Assembly (NCBI GenBank): GCA_000002445.1
Contig: CP000071.1
Span: forward strand, 1,760,001-1,824,000
Direction: 5' to 3'
Origin: Trypanosoma brucei
Lineage: Eukaryota
DNA: 64,000 nucleotides
Shown here: positions 41,893 to 52,958 of the stretch, in pieces
How the letters are laid out: every line of letters starts with the position of its first letter
How positions within the stretch are numbered: position 1 is the first letter of the stretch
Program-made: the position numbers and the translations under genes
Notes under the pieces: generated by a model
What the model was told of the DNA's origin: nothing
Database searches by the model: none
Seen by the model: the letters and a program-made list of their open reading frames with translations, nothing else

Positions 41893-42820
41893 GAATGGAG
41901 GCGGAGGATGGCAAAATAAATAGAGAAAGAACACATGGAAAAGCAGAGCAGTGCCTTGTTTGTGCACGTATCGCTGTGTGTTTGGAAATTTTTGTCCGTA
42001 GTTGAGAGAATTCAGCCCCTCCTTTTCCTCTCACCTGTGCTTCGACTTCAATTCACAATGCCATTTTCTACCTTCGGTTAATGGCATGTGCGGAAGTTGC
42101 CTTTGGGATGCTGCCGCTTCTAATCATCATTATCATCACTGTTTATCGTTATCTATTGATGCATTTTAAACGGTACGCAATGGCTTATATGTTCCACAAA
42201 GCAGTGGGATCGAAGAGGAATAGGCACGTCATTACATGAGTTATGGACTGAATTTGCGCTTGTTTGTGCTGCCATTCGCTGACTTTTTTGTGCGTGTTTG
42301 TGAGAGAGTTTGTCGGCACGAAAGATGAATGAGTGGTGGCCTTCAGGCGTTAACATCATCAACCATCAGCGTTGTTATCATCATTATTGCTATCGTTGTA
42401 TAATTGGTTTTTTGTTCTTGTTTTTGTTTTCGTTGTTGTTTTGATTCACGACCTGTCGGGTGACACACATTGGCAACAAAATGCAGCGTTCGATGATATG
42501 AAGAGACGGGCTGCAAAACCTTTCCTTTGGAAAGAGATTCTGTACTTTGTGAAAAGTGCGATTAGGGCACTGTTGTAACCAACACCTCGGCCAAGCACTG
42601 AAGATTGGTGAATTAAAGTGACGAAAGAAAAGAAGTAACAAAGTTAAATGAACTGACCTTCTTCACGTCGAACACCTACCGTTTCCTTTTTTTTTTGCGT
42701 TTACTGTCCGCTTTTGTTACGGCGTTCCGCAGTCCTATTTCGTCTGTTTCAAGTTGTATTTCCCATCACCTAGTTCCCCAAACATACACACATACAAAAA
42801 AAAGTGGGGAAAGTAACGAA

Positions 42821-42853
42821 TTAAATAAATAAATAAATATATATATATATATA
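42821..42853. repeat. (AAAT)n-(TA)n microsatellite immediately upstream of the TBCD start
   Basis: ttaaataaataaataaatatatatatatatatat. Confidence 0.85.
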
Positions 42854-42874
42854 GGTTTTACCCGCCACTTAGCG

Positions 42875-45800
42875 ATGGATGGTGAACAATTAGAAACAGA
42901 TCCCCTCACGGCACCATTGGGTGGAAGGAATGAAGATGAGGACATACCGGTGGAAGGAACCGACAAGGAGGGCGATAACGACTGCGGCCCGGCATTTTTT
43001 GAGGAAGAGGAAGAGTGTGCACAGCTTCTCGCGCGCGTACACGAAGCATGGAGGAATGAATCCAAACTCGAGGCACCACCGCATGCGGATGAAGGGGGAA
43101 AGACGTGGAATAAAACACTTCCCACCGCTGCTGAGGATCCGCAGGGTGTTGCAGTTGCATTGGAACGTTTTGAACGCATCATATCTGTATATCAAGAATC
43201 CCCACATTTGCTGCACAGCTACCTCGAGGAACTTCTTGGGCCACTTATGGTACTGTTGCAAGATTTGCTTACTGGGGCAGCAACCATCTGGCGCGCAGAG
43301 CAGAGGACGGAAGTTTGTACTGGTCCTCAGGCGGTAGGTGGTGAAGTGGTTTCACATGGTTTGGGTAGAAACTATGATGAATACGACGCGGATGCACCAA
43401 AGAGCTTCATACATCATGTTTGTCGTGCCATCTACGTAGTGGTTAAAACGGCTGGGGAGAAGTGTTGCACATCTTATTTTTCCAATGATGTGAGATTGTA
43501 TGAAGATGTCTTTTACGCACTGCGATGGTGGCAAGAGAGCGGTGAGGCACAACGGGAGTGGGAGGTACGCTACTGTTTGCTTCTCTGGCTATCTAACCTT
43601 GTACTTGTGCCCTTTTCCCTTACCATAATCGACTCTTCCACCAGTGGCAGTGGCTCCCTTTCCGATACGGTGCTGCAAACTGCTGTGGCGTTCCTGAGGG
43701 ACACATCGAAGTGTCGGGAGGGGGCTGCACTTCTCGTGGCGCGTTTATTGACCCGACCGGATAGTGAAGATCACCGTGTTTATTTTTTTGCTTACGCACA
43801 AAAGGTTGTAGCGGATCCCGCTAGTACCAACCTCCTCGTACACGGTGTTTTACTGGCACTAGCGAAGACCATGAAACTTGGGCAGCGAGGTGAGTTGGCT
43901 CCACATGCACCACAGCTTATTCCTAGCGTGACAGCTGTTTTCTCTAGAAGTGGGAGTGACACACTGCTGTGCAAGGCGGCGGTAAAGGTTGTGCAGAGGC
44001 TCGCGCTTTCCTTGCTTAGGAGTCGATCTGCACCGTGGAAATATTACAGGCATGTGGCTTCCCTATATCAAAACCTGAGCGGCTCAGACGGCCATGAGGC
44101 GACCGGTGGTAACAAGAATGATGAGGTGAATAATAATAATATGATTCATAGCAATGAGGAGGAAGGCGGGGAGGGATGTGAAGAGGACGATTACTTGCCT
44201 GAGGATTGTGGTTTGGAGGAAGCAATAGGATTGCTGCTGGATGCAGTGGGCCATAAGGACACGGTGGTGCGCTGGAGCGCTGCGAAGGGCATTGCGCGTG
44301 TTTGTGGGCGGCTCCCTCGTGCGATGGCGGGGGATGTCGTTGACGCACTCCTCGATGTGTTTAGCAACGAAAATTCGGATAGTGGTTGGCACGGAGGACT
44401 GCTGGCTTTGGCGGAACTCTGCCGCCGGAGCCTTCTTCCTGTCCAGAGGCTCGCAATGGTAGTTCAGTTTGCAACGAGAGGATTAGCGTTTGACTTGAGC
44501 AAAGGGACGTATAGCGTAGGGTCACACGTACGGGATGCCGCGTGCTACGTCTGCTGGTCAATTGCCCGCGCGTACAATGCGGTTGATATCGAGGAGCATG
44601 TACACAAACTGAGCACCTGCCTTGTTGTCACCTCCCTCTTTGACAGGGAAGTTCATGTGCGGCGTGCGGCGGCGGCGGCTTTTCAGGAATCTGTTGGCAG
44701 GTTAGGTAACTTCCCTGATGGTATTCGTCTGGTCACGACAATGGACTTCTTTTCCCTCGCCTCATTGCAGAATGCCTACCTTCATGTTGCACCGATCGTT
44801 GCGGAAAACGCGTCATATAGAGGCCGGATGCTCGAGGAGCTGGTGGCCGTTAAGCTTTTGCACTGGGACCGACGTGTACGGTGTTTTGCCTCACAGGCAC
44901 TCGGCCAGATTGGCGTCTTGGAGAGCCGAACAACTCTGGACGAGGTAACGCTGCAACTTCTGGGCCGGGTTACAAACGACACGGTGGCCATTCGGCACGG
45001 TGCTATCCTCGGCATAGCGGAACTCGTCAACCACTTGGATGTGCATTCATGGTCAAAGGAACTTATTTGTCAAATTGCGGGAATCATACCGCGGCTGGAT
45101 GCAGCGCGTTTGTTTCGTTCTCGTGGAGGTGAATATGTTCGACAAGCGTGCTGTCACCTGCTTGCGGCCGCTTCTCGTCGACATATGCCGCTGCCCGAAA
45201 CCGTTGAGGTGCAGAAGATGGGTGGAATGGTTGGACGTGCTAATACTTTGGCAAAAATGCAAGAGTTCTTTGAGGACACGTGGAAACAAATACTAGAATG
45301 GCTACAGTTTGATGCCGTGAATGCGTATGAAGAGTTTGCAGCAGCGTACTACACTGTGTTTGCCAACCCTTTCCATCATCAGGTACTGCACAAAATGTTG
45401 AGCGGATGTGAAGAAGGCCGCAACCCGATGGAGCGCCGTGGTAACATCCTTGCCACCGGAGCATTGCCATGGTCGGTGATATCTAAACACTCGAACCAAC
45501 CAAAGGGGGATGATGATGGCGTAGACGAAAGTGAAAAGGCTTATTTTATGATGATACTGAAAACAGCTATGGGTGCTACCAAGTTAGAAAAGTGCAAGGA
45601 GATGCAAGATGCTGAATCCCGAAGGAATGCTGTTCGTTCCCTGCGCACAACTTTGACGCGCATCCCTGAGGGAACCCCTCAGATGACCGTAGGTCTTTAC
45701 GAGTCTGTTGTGCAGCATATCGTTGCCACACTGGATGATTATGCGGCGGATCGGCGTGGTGACGTGGGGTCGTTTGTGCGACAGGAGGCTATTGGATCTC

Positions 45801-46906
45801 TTCCTGCTGTTGTGGAGTATGGGTTGAAAGTGAAGTGTTGCTCCAGTGCGTTGGTGGTGCGTGTAATACAGGCACTGCTAAAGCAGGCTATGGAGAAGTT
45901 GGATCGGTTGCGTGGGCGGGCTGTTGAGGCATTACAACAAATTGTATTTCTTCCAGGTGCGCTACCAAGCGAGGGCGGCAACAACACGGGGCTTACGCAT
46001 ATGGACAAGCAGGGCACATTTATTAGCGAAGAAGCGAACAGCGCTATGAGGAACAGTGAAATGATTTTAGCTGAAGAGGGGGAAAATTTACTTAACGACA
46101 CTAGCGTATTGGCCAAAGTGGTAACAATGGATCCCGCAGCAGACAAGTGCTCACCACAAAACGTTTTTACGGCTGTGGGACGCCCGTTACTTCTTACACG
46201 ACTGTTTGCATCATGTGTGGTCGAGGGTCTGGTTGTTTCCGCTGGATCCCTCTCTGTGCACATTATGCAACCAGCTGTTGACGCACTTCTGCATGCCTTC
46301 AGGGCATCGACAGAGGAAAGTGTCTATCTTTCATGGGTGTTAATTACGGTTGCTGCAAAACATGCGCACAACGAACGTGTTGTTGTGCCGCTTTGCGTTA
46401 CCGTGAGCCGCCTCATCAACGCATGTGTCTTCGATGAAGATCGTCATATAGATGTGGTGGAGATACTAAGGAGTGAATTGAAGTTTTTCGCCACGAACAT
46501 CCACGCACTGCTCCCACTTATTGGTGTGCTTGGGGACCTCTGTCGTAGTCCTGTTACTGCCGCGCGGCACGCCGCCTGGGGGCTAAGTCTTGTGATGCTC
46601 GCTAGCCGTTACCCGAAGGTCCGCGCTCGTATGGGGACTGACATGTACACTTCTCTCCTCGTACTTTCTGCAGCGGATACGACCCTCAATCTTGATAGGG
46701 CCATACAGCAGCTCACTGCGACACCGTGGGATGGAAACGATGCCACCAAAGTGCGTAGTGCAAGGGATGAACTGTACGGTGCACTCGGTATCGAAAAACC
46801 CTCAAAAGATGCTGCGACAGGCGATGCGGTGGAACATGAAAAGAAAAAAACAGCTCGAATGGTAGCCAGTTCATACCTTCATCTCGTACATGAGGCAGGG
46901 TACTGA
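42875..46906 (+). CDS. TBCD: Tubulin-folding cofactor D (TBCD), HEAT/ARM-repeat protein
   Basis: Block KDTVVRWSAAKGIARVCGRLPRAMAGDVVDALLDVFSNENSDSGWHGGLLALAELCRRSLL is collinear with the conserved TBCD core (VRWSAAKGIGR...LPRAL..DVV...WHGGCLALAEL). 1343 aa. Confidence 0.8.
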   Translation: MDGEQLETDPLTAPLGGRNEDEDIPVEGTDKEGDNDCGPAFFEEEEECAQLLARVHEAWRNESKLEAPPHADEGGKTWNKTLPTAAEDPQGVAVALERFERIISVYQESPHLLHSYLEELLGPLMVLLQDLLTGAATIWRAEQRTEVCTGPQAVGGEVVSHGLGRNYDEYDADAPKSFIHHVCRAIYVVVKTAGEKCCTSYFSNDVRLYEDVFYALRWWQESGEAQREWEVRYCLLLWLSNLVLVPFSLTIIDSSTSGSGSLSDTVLQTAVAFLRDTSKCREGAALLVARLLTRPDSEDHRVYFFAYAQKVVADPASTNLLVHGVLLALAKTMKLGQRGELAPHAPQLIPSVTAVFSRSGSDTLLCKAAVKVVQRLALSLLRSRSAPWKYYRHVASLYQNLSGSDGHEATGGNKNDEVNNNNMIHSNEEEGGEGCEEDDYLPEDCGLEEAIGLLLDAVGHKDTVVRWSAAKGIARVCGRLPRAMAGDVVDALLDVFSNENSDSGWHGGLLALAELCRRSLLPVQRLAMVVQFATRGLAFDLSKGTYSVGSHVRDAACYVCWSIARAYNAVDIEEHVHKLSTCLVVTSLFDREVHVRRAAAAAFQESVGRLGNFPDGIRLVTTMDFFSLASLQNAYLHVAPIVAENASYRGRMLEELVAVKLLHWDRRVRCFASQALGQIGVLESRTTLDEVTLQLLGRVTNDTVAIRHGAILGIAELVNHLDVHSWSKELICQIAGIIPRLDAARLFRSRGGEYVRQACCHLLAAASRRHMPLPETVEVQKMGGMVGRANTLAKMQEFFEDTWKQILEWLQFDAVNAYEEFAAAYYTVFANPFHHQVLHKMLSGCEEGRNPMERRGNILATGALPWSVISKHSNQPKGDDDGVDESEKAYFMMILKTAMGATKLEKCKEMQDAESRRNAVRSLRTTLTRIPEGTPQMTVGLYESVVQHIVATLDDYAADRRGDVGSFVRQEAIGSLPAVVEYGLKVKCCSSALVVRVIQALLKQAMEKLDRLRGRAVEALQQIVFLPGALPSEGGNNTGLTHMDKQGTFISEEANSAMRNSEMILAEEGENLLNDTSVLAKVVTMDPAADKCSPQNVFTAVGRPLLLTRLFASCVVEGLVVSAGSLSVHIMQPAVDALLHAFRASTEESVYLSWVLITVAAKHAHNERVVVPLCVTVSRLINACVFDEDRHIDVVEILRSELKFFATNIHALLPLIGVLGDLCRSPVTAARHAAWGLSLVMLASRYPKVRARMGTDMYTSLLVLSAADTTLNLDRAIQQLTATPWDGNDATKVRSARDELYGALGIEKPSKDAATGDAVEHEKKKTARMVASSYLHLVHEAGY

Positions 46907-47011
46907 AGGGGAGAGGATCCCATGCACATCCTATAGTGGAGCTATATTTTTTAAAGGGGAAAGAGATAAAACAGGTAAATAAAACAGTTAAGCCTATTTG
47001 TTCTTCTTTCC

Positions 47012-47035
47012 ATATATATATATATATATATATAT
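47012..47035. repeat. (TA)n microsatellite
   Basis: atatatatatatatatatatatat. Confidence 0.9.
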
Positions 47036-47385
47036 GGTGTCGTTTCCTTATCGAATTCTTAATTTGTTGTTGCTCATTCCCCCTTTTCCTTGTTATCAGC
47101 GCTGGATTCACGTTGGTGGGCCTTTAAGTAATGGACGAAAGGGGACATGGTCAAAAATAACGAAGCAACTATCATAAACAATGAAAGACAGAGAGGAAAC
47201 TGTGGAACAGTCCCATCTGTCGAAAAGACACTTCGCCGCTCCGACGAGTAACGTTGCCAATCGCAAAGGTGAGCTCTTGTGTGTAAAGGTGGGTTTGCAT
47301 TACACTGTCCAAACGCGTTTCATAAATCATAATTCTTTTCTTATGAGTGCCTCGCGCATATAGTGCACTGACACCACCTTCGCAT

Positions 47386-47450
47386 GCTCCGTTTGTTTCC
47401 CTTTTTGCTGTTTTATACTTCCCTTTTTTTTTTTGCTTTCTAAATGCCAG
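47386..47450 (+). promoter_or_regulatory. Polypyrimidine tract ending in gccag; putative trans-splice acceptor region for Vps34
   Basis: gctccgtttgtttccctttttgctgttttatacttcccttttttttttttgctttctaaatgccag. Confidence 0.4.
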
Positions 47451-47589
47451 TGCTTTTGCACGTCTGGCGGGGTAGCGTACTGCCGGGCCAACACTGTACA
47501 CAACCCTTAGCGGTCCGCCGGCGTTTCCCCCTTTTTTTCTAGTAGCATTTGTCCTTGTTAGGGACGGAACTCTTTGCGACTCAGCTAAC

Positions 47590-50439
47590 ATGGCCACGAA
47601 CGAGGACACCGTTGCTTACACACTGAAAGAGGAAAACTGCGGCACGCTTCGTGGGGCGCCACCCAGCAATGAGTTTTTGCTTGCGAACGACATGGAAGAA
47701 CCGTTTATGGTTCACCTTTGCGCAGTTGATGGGTACGCAAGATGGTGTCGCAGAAGAAATGAAGAGACCAGACGACGGTGTAACGGTAACGGTGGTGAGG
47801 GCGAGGGGAGGAATAATTCCTCTTTCAATAGTGCTTTTACCCCCTATGGGCAGCTTGTTGGGTCTATGTCATCTTTGCCGCTGCGTGGCGAGGCGCACTA
47901 TCCGAGTTACAGTGAAGATGATACACTGTGTGTCACTCTCCAGATGTTCCACATGGGGATGCCCATCACACCGATCCTGCAGTCGTCCCACACATATGGT
48001 TGTCACCAAAGGTTGGAAGAGTGGATTATCTTTCCCATAGCCATACAAGATATCCCACTTGACGCTTTGGTTCACTGTCATGTGTATGCACCCCACGGCC
48101 TGGTAGGGCGCACATCTTTTCACCCATTCACGGCTTGCGGTGAGTTAAAGACAGGTAGGCGGCGCTACGAACTTCAGGCGGGTACTGCTGCTGGTACCGA
48201 ACGTGCTGACCACGACGATTCCGATAGTGTCAATGGTAATAAGCGCGCGCCAAGTCGCATGGGGATGAACCCACAAGAGCTGATGCTACGCGATCTTCGG
48301 CGCGGCCTCGTCCCTCAAATACCGTGGATGGACAAGATGATTAAGCGGCAGGTGGGAGAGCTGCAGACAAAAAACGACGAGACCACAGGGTCACAGTCAA
48401 TAGCGCTTTCAGTGTTGTTTCCATCAACAAATGGTGATCAACGGGTGTTTCTTCTCTCAGCACCGCGGGATAAACTTCCGGCTAGCATTGTTTCACTTAT
48501 CCCTCCCCCGGATAGAGTGGTAACAAGTCGGACTTCCCCGTTCGCCGCACTTGCAGCTACACCTAAACAACCTTACGTTGATTTGTGTGTCGACGACGAG
48601 AATCTTTGTGAGGCTAAGGTGGCCGCTCTGTCCAATCCGAGGCTTTTTCTTTCCAGTGCGAACACACAGCCTGGGCCTGTTGAGCGGGCTCAACTGAAAG
48701 AAATTGCTCAAAAACCACTGATTCACCTTGAGGAACTGAAGTTAGGCGAAAGGACTCTTCTTTGTCGGTTCCGACATTTCCTCACACGAGATCCAGCTTA
48801 TTTTGTGCCTTTTATGCGGTCGGTGAATTGGGATGATAAAATTGAGAAGCGAGAGGCCTTGAAGGTTATGCAGCAGTGGAAACCTATCGGTTTCACTCAG
48901 GCGTTGATTTGTTTGTCCTTTTACTTTCGCAAGGTGGTGGACGTCCGTATTTACGCAATTAATGTGCTAGACAAAAGTTCGGATGACCGTCTGTTTCGAT
49001 TCTTGATCCAACTTGTGCAAGGTGTGAGGTACGATGTTAATGGCGAACTGGAAACGTTTTTGCTTCGGCGGGCCGCGAATTGTTGGGAAATTTGCTCCAA
49101 TCTATTCTGGTATGTGCTGACAGAGGCCTCATTGGGTAGCGGAAACTCCCAAGGAGATGGGCAGCGCTATGGAGATGGGCAGGAGGAACGGTACACTACC
49201 TTCCTTCAGAATATCAAGGCTACGCTGCAGCGGACAAAACCGTGCTTCCTTCAGCGGATTCATCAACAGGTGAAGCTTATGGGTACGCTGCGCACGTTAA
49301 ACAAGTCACTATTGAAGGCCAGTGACCGGGTCAAACGAATGGAACTTGCCACGTCACTCATTGACAGCAAAGAATGCGGTATTCGGGAGCTATTCTTCCC
49401 ATCTCCCATCTCCTCCCTCTCCGAGGACCCGAGAGAGACGGCAGCAGTGCAGGGACGCATTGTCACCCTGCCAACGCACCCCAGTGCAGTAGTGGAGGAT
49501 ATCATCTCAGAGGGGTTTTATATGTTCAAGAGCGCCATGATGCCCATCAAGGTCCCTTTTGTCCTCCACCCAGAACCCCTAGGCAGCAACACTTGTCACC
49601 GCAGTCCAGTAGTGGAAGATGGAACAAACACGGGACCAAGCACTGTCCCAGTAACAGTTTCTAGGCCCGAAGGTGGGTTGCTGTTCAAAGTGGGTGATGA
49701 TGTGCGACAGGATCAACTCGTCGTTCAACTCGTGCAGCTCATTGACATGATACTGCGACAGGATGGGCTTGACCTCTGCCTTTGCCCGTACCGCGTTATT
49801 GCCACAGGCCCAACAGAAGGTTTGGTAGAGTTAATCCCTAACGTTGTTACTCTCCAAAGCGTGCAGCGTGATATCACAGGGTTCATTCGTTCGCGCAATC
49901 AGAGTCAGGAGGGATACACAGCGGCTATGTCACGTTTCACCAAAAGCTGCGCTGGTTATTGTGTTCTAACGTTTATATTAGGTATCGGCGATCGGCACCT
50001 TGAGAACATCCTGCTAACACACGATGGTCGCCTACTGCACATCGACTTCGGCTACATCCTTGGAAACGACCCCAAGCCGTTCCCGCCTCCAATGAAAATC
50101 AATAAGGAAATGGTGGAGGCACTCGGTGGCCCGCAGAGTACCGGCTATATGGAGTTCAAGTCGTACTGCTGTAGTTCGTATAACATAATTCGAGAGCATG
50201 CACAGGTTATTTTGAGCATGCTCTTGCTCATGGTAGATGCCTCTATTCCGCATATATCAGGCGATGGTAAGGTGGATCCGCGTGTCAACCTGTTGAAGGT
50301 GCAGGAGAAACTAAGGTTGGATCTCTCCAATGCAGAAGCATCGCAGTACATCCAAAATGTCATAGCTGATAGTGTGGGGTCTATTTTCACTAACCTCTGG
50401 GATGTTTTACATGCCGCCGCTCAGGCGCGGCGGGCCTAA
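47590..50439 (+). CDS. VPS34: Class III phosphatidylinositol 3-kinase (Vps34)
   Basis: PI3K/PI4K catalytic signatures GDRHLENILLTHDGRLLHIDFGYILG and KPFPPPMKINKEMVEALGG; an upstream helical/accessory domain; 949 aa. Confidence 0.93.
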   Translation: MATNEDTVAYTLKEENCGTLRGAPPSNEFLLANDMEEPFMVHLCAVDGYARWCRRRNEETRRRCNGNGGEGEGRNNSSFNSAFTPYGQLVGSMSSLPLRGEAHYPSYSEDDTLCVTLQMFHMGMPITPILQSSHTYGCHQRLEEWIIFPIAIQDIPLDALVHCHVYAPHGLVGRTSFHPFTACGELKTGRRRYELQAGTAAGTERADHDDSDSVNGNKRAPSRMGMNPQELMLRDLRRGLVPQIPWMDKMIKRQVGELQTKNDETTGSQSIALSVLFPSTNGDQRVFLLSAPRDKLPASIVSLIPPPDRVVTSRTSPFAALAATPKQPYVDLCVDDENLCEAKVAALSNPRLFLSSANTQPGPVERAQLKEIAQKPLIHLEELKLGERTLLCRFRHFLTRDPAYFVPFMRSVNWDDKIEKREALKVMQQWKPIGFTQALICLSFYFRKVVDVRIYAINVLDKSSDDRLFRFLIQLVQGVRYDVNGELETFLLRRAANCWEICSNLFWYVLTEASLGSGNSQGDGQRYGDGQEERYTTFLQNIKATLQRTKPCFLQRIHQQVKLMGTLRTLNKSLLKASDRVKRMELATSLIDSKECGIRELFFPSPISSLSEDPRETAAVQGRIVTLPTHPSAVVEDIISEGFYMFKSAMMPIKVPFVLHPEPLGSNTCHRSPVVEDGTNTGPSTVPVTVSRPEGGLLFKVGDDVRQDQLVVQLVQLIDMILRQDGLDLCLCPYRVIATGPTEGLVELIPNVVTLQSVQRDITGFIRSRNQSQEGYTAAMSRFTKSCAGYCVLTFILGIGDRHLENILLTHDGRLLHIDFGYILGNDPKPFPPPMKINKEMVEALGGPQSTGYMEFKSYCCSSYNIIREHAQVILSMLLLMVDASIPHISGDGKVDPRVNLLKVQEKLRLDLSNAEASQYIQNVIADSVGSIFTNLWDVLHAAAQARRA

Positions 50440-50912
50440 AGGCTCACACTTGGTGGACGATCTTTAACCGGTGACGGGTTGAGAAAAGAATGAGGCTGAA
50501 CAGGTCGTGTGCACACGTGGAAGTGTGCGGCTCGCTACATATGTTATTTCTTTCAGTGCAGTTTTGAGGAGTGTTGTTACGGGGAATGGTGTCTGGAAGA
50601 CTGAGTGTTGGCACCGAATGTGCCACCCTGTGCTCAGAAACTTGTGTGAAATCGCTTGTCTCTTTTGCTAACATTGCCACATCCGACGTACGCATTTTCA
50701 TGCCTACGGAGTTGTCAACATGGAAACGGAAAAGGGTGCGTTTGTCTTCCTAAGTGCTACTTCACCCGGCATACATCGCTTTGCATAGTCAGCAGGTGTT
50801 GTCAAATGTGTCTCTCTTTGCTCGCGTCACCTCTCTGCCTATGTTCCTTTCGTCATGTTGTTGATTGCTCATCCATATTTGGGTAAATGATAAAGGTTTC
50901 TGTCAATTCTTT

Positions 50913-52631
50913 ATGAAACGGGGTAGTGATGGATGTGGTCCGGATGCTTCCCACCCCAGTTTGTGTTTTCATCGCGAAGTACTGACTTGTCTACAGTGGT
51001 CTGTCATCCGCCGTGACTTTCTGGAGAAATTACGATTTACTCCACTGCTTCGGTTCGCTGAACCAAATAAGCTGTGGCGCCACAGTAATGAGGCGCTCGG
51101 AAAGTGGATCCTCTCACAGGTGGCACGGGACACATCCAATGGGATGACATCAAACGATATTATTGCATCCACTTCAAGCAGTTGCATCACACCCTCACTC
51201 AGTTGTGCGATGTCGTCTTTCTTTCCTTCCGATGATGCGTTATCACGTGGAACTTATGATGAGCAACTCATTCGTGACCTCTCGATGAAGTGTACAACCC
51301 CCAGCAACCAAGAAACCATTAAGTGCATCACACAGCTAGTGAAGGAGTTCAACCTTGCGGAGCGTTGCAAGAGAGCCACATCAGAGGTCCAGAGACAAAT
51401 GGCGAATGTAACCCTTTCATCGGTCTGCGTTCCAGTCATCCGCACCATAGCAGCAAACGATGAGAAGAACCGCACGGCTGTGCAGAGGCGTATACAAGGT
51501 GCGATTGCCACTATTGACGTGGTGTGGTCCAGGAACATTCCAAGGGATGCTCGATCGGGTTGTCCCCAGGTTTCTATCCCACTTGCCGCGTACAAAAAGC
51601 TTGACATGAGTTATCGCCAATTCGGTGGCAAGAGCGATGAGGAAAAGTATCCACGACTCAGTTATGAAAAGTGTTTTACTTTGCGAGCAGCAACATTGGC
51701 GCTTCGGTATGAGTGTTGCTTGGCAACGGGATCTCTGCAGCTGTGTGCAGACCTGCGATTGAAACAACACCTTCACGCTAACGGTTACCGAGTCATAGAT
51801 TTATGTGCTTCGCCCATCAACGCGTATATGGGGGAACCCAAGGAGGGTTCCTATCTTGTAGGCGAGAGTCGCGCTGAAGAGAAATCATCCAGTGAGGTCA
51901 ATGACTCCTTTATTGGGTGTGAAAACACCCCAAATCACTTCTGTAGTGCATTTCCCGATACGGACTGCTACTTTGGAAGTCTGGGGAGTGTGCTCAAATT
52001 TGACGTTGTACAGGCGTATAATACGCCCCAAATTAACCCGGATAAACGTCCGCTCCTTCTTACCCTTGATGTTCCGTACGACGAGGATCTCTGTGAAAGA
52101 ATCTTTCTAAAGTTGGTCAGTGATATGAAGCGCGTCGAGACCGAATTGGCAACGATGGAAGGAAGTGTTAACACCGACTTGGTTGTTGCAGATTATGTGT
52201 TGGTGTTGCCTCTTTGGTGGGAAGTTCCACTAGAGATCAAGAAGCGGCTCTTTTCGTGTCCAAATGGTAGCGGGGAAGAGGCCTCGGCAACCGGTAACAT
52301 TGAGGGTAAGGAAGATGAGGAAGAGGTACTTAAGAGAGTTATTAGGGAACGCAGTGCGTTGTTGAAGGAGGGTCATGTGCTTCCTTATGAATGGCCGGTG
52401 AAGTTGGCGGCAGCGGCTGGTGAGAAGTGGCCGTGTTTTGACGGTGTTTTCGTGGGAGGTAGTTATGAGTACTTTTGCACCATCACAAACAAGCGCCTCT
52501 CCGGTGTGACGGCTACGGAGGTGATTGGGTTGGAGCAACCGCGGAGTGTTCGTGGCGGTAACTCGTTGCCTTCGTTGCGTACCTCACTTGACAGCTTCTA
52601 CGGACGGCAGGTGACGGCGGCCGGACGGTGA
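50913..52631 (+). CDS. Hypothetical protein (start uncertain)
   Basis: 1.7 kb ORF. The ORF-track start 50865 is TTG; the first in-frame ATG is at 50913 (MKRGSDG...). No recognisable motif. Confidence 0.6.
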   Translation: MKRGSDGCGPDASHPSLCFHREVLTCLQWSVIRRDFLEKLRFTPLLRFAEPNKLWRHSNEALGKWILSQVARDTSNGMTSNDIIASTSSSCITPSLSCAMSSFFPSDDALSRGTYDEQLIRDLSMKCTTPSNQETIKCITQLVKEFNLAERCKRATSEVQRQMANVTLSSVCVPVIRTIAANDEKNRTAVQRRIQGAIATIDVVWSRNIPRDARSGCPQVSIPLAAYKKLDMSYRQFGGKSDEEKYPRLSYEKCFTLRAATLALRYECCLATGSLQLCADLRLKQHLHANGYRVIDLCASPINAYMGEPKEGSYLVGESRAEEKSSSEVNDSFIGCENTPNHFCSAFPDTDCYFGSLGSVLKFDVVQAYNTPQINPDKRPLLLTLDVPYDEDLCERIFLKLVSDMKRVETELATMEGSVNTDLVVADYVLVLPLWWEVPLEIKKRLFSCPNGSGEEASATGNIEGKEDEEEVLKRVIRERSALLKEGHVLPYEWPVKLAAAAGEKWPCFDGVFVGGSYEYFCTITNKRLSGVTATEVIGLEQPRSVRGGNSLPSLRTSLDSFYGRQVTAAGR

Positions 52632-52958
52632 GTAATGTGAAAGCGAAGACTGAGAGGGGTCGTGTCACCTCACCGAACGTAGGTGTTGTGTGCACATACA
52701 TGGGGAGGGCTATTTGATGGTGGTGTGATTTTCTCTCTGTTTGTTAACCCCTCCAGTATATAAGCCACGAGAGAGGTATGACGAGAACAACGTTTGGTCA
52801 TTCCCTTCCTCCTCCTTCAACTTTTTTTCCGTTATTTTCTTTTAGGTGTTTAATCGTTGCTAGTCGTTGCGCCTAGGGCCTCAAAAGGAAGTGAAATTGG
52901 TGAAAGTCACTGCTGAAAGGGTCCTTCTTTTTGTCGTCGCAGTTAAGCAAAGGCACAC

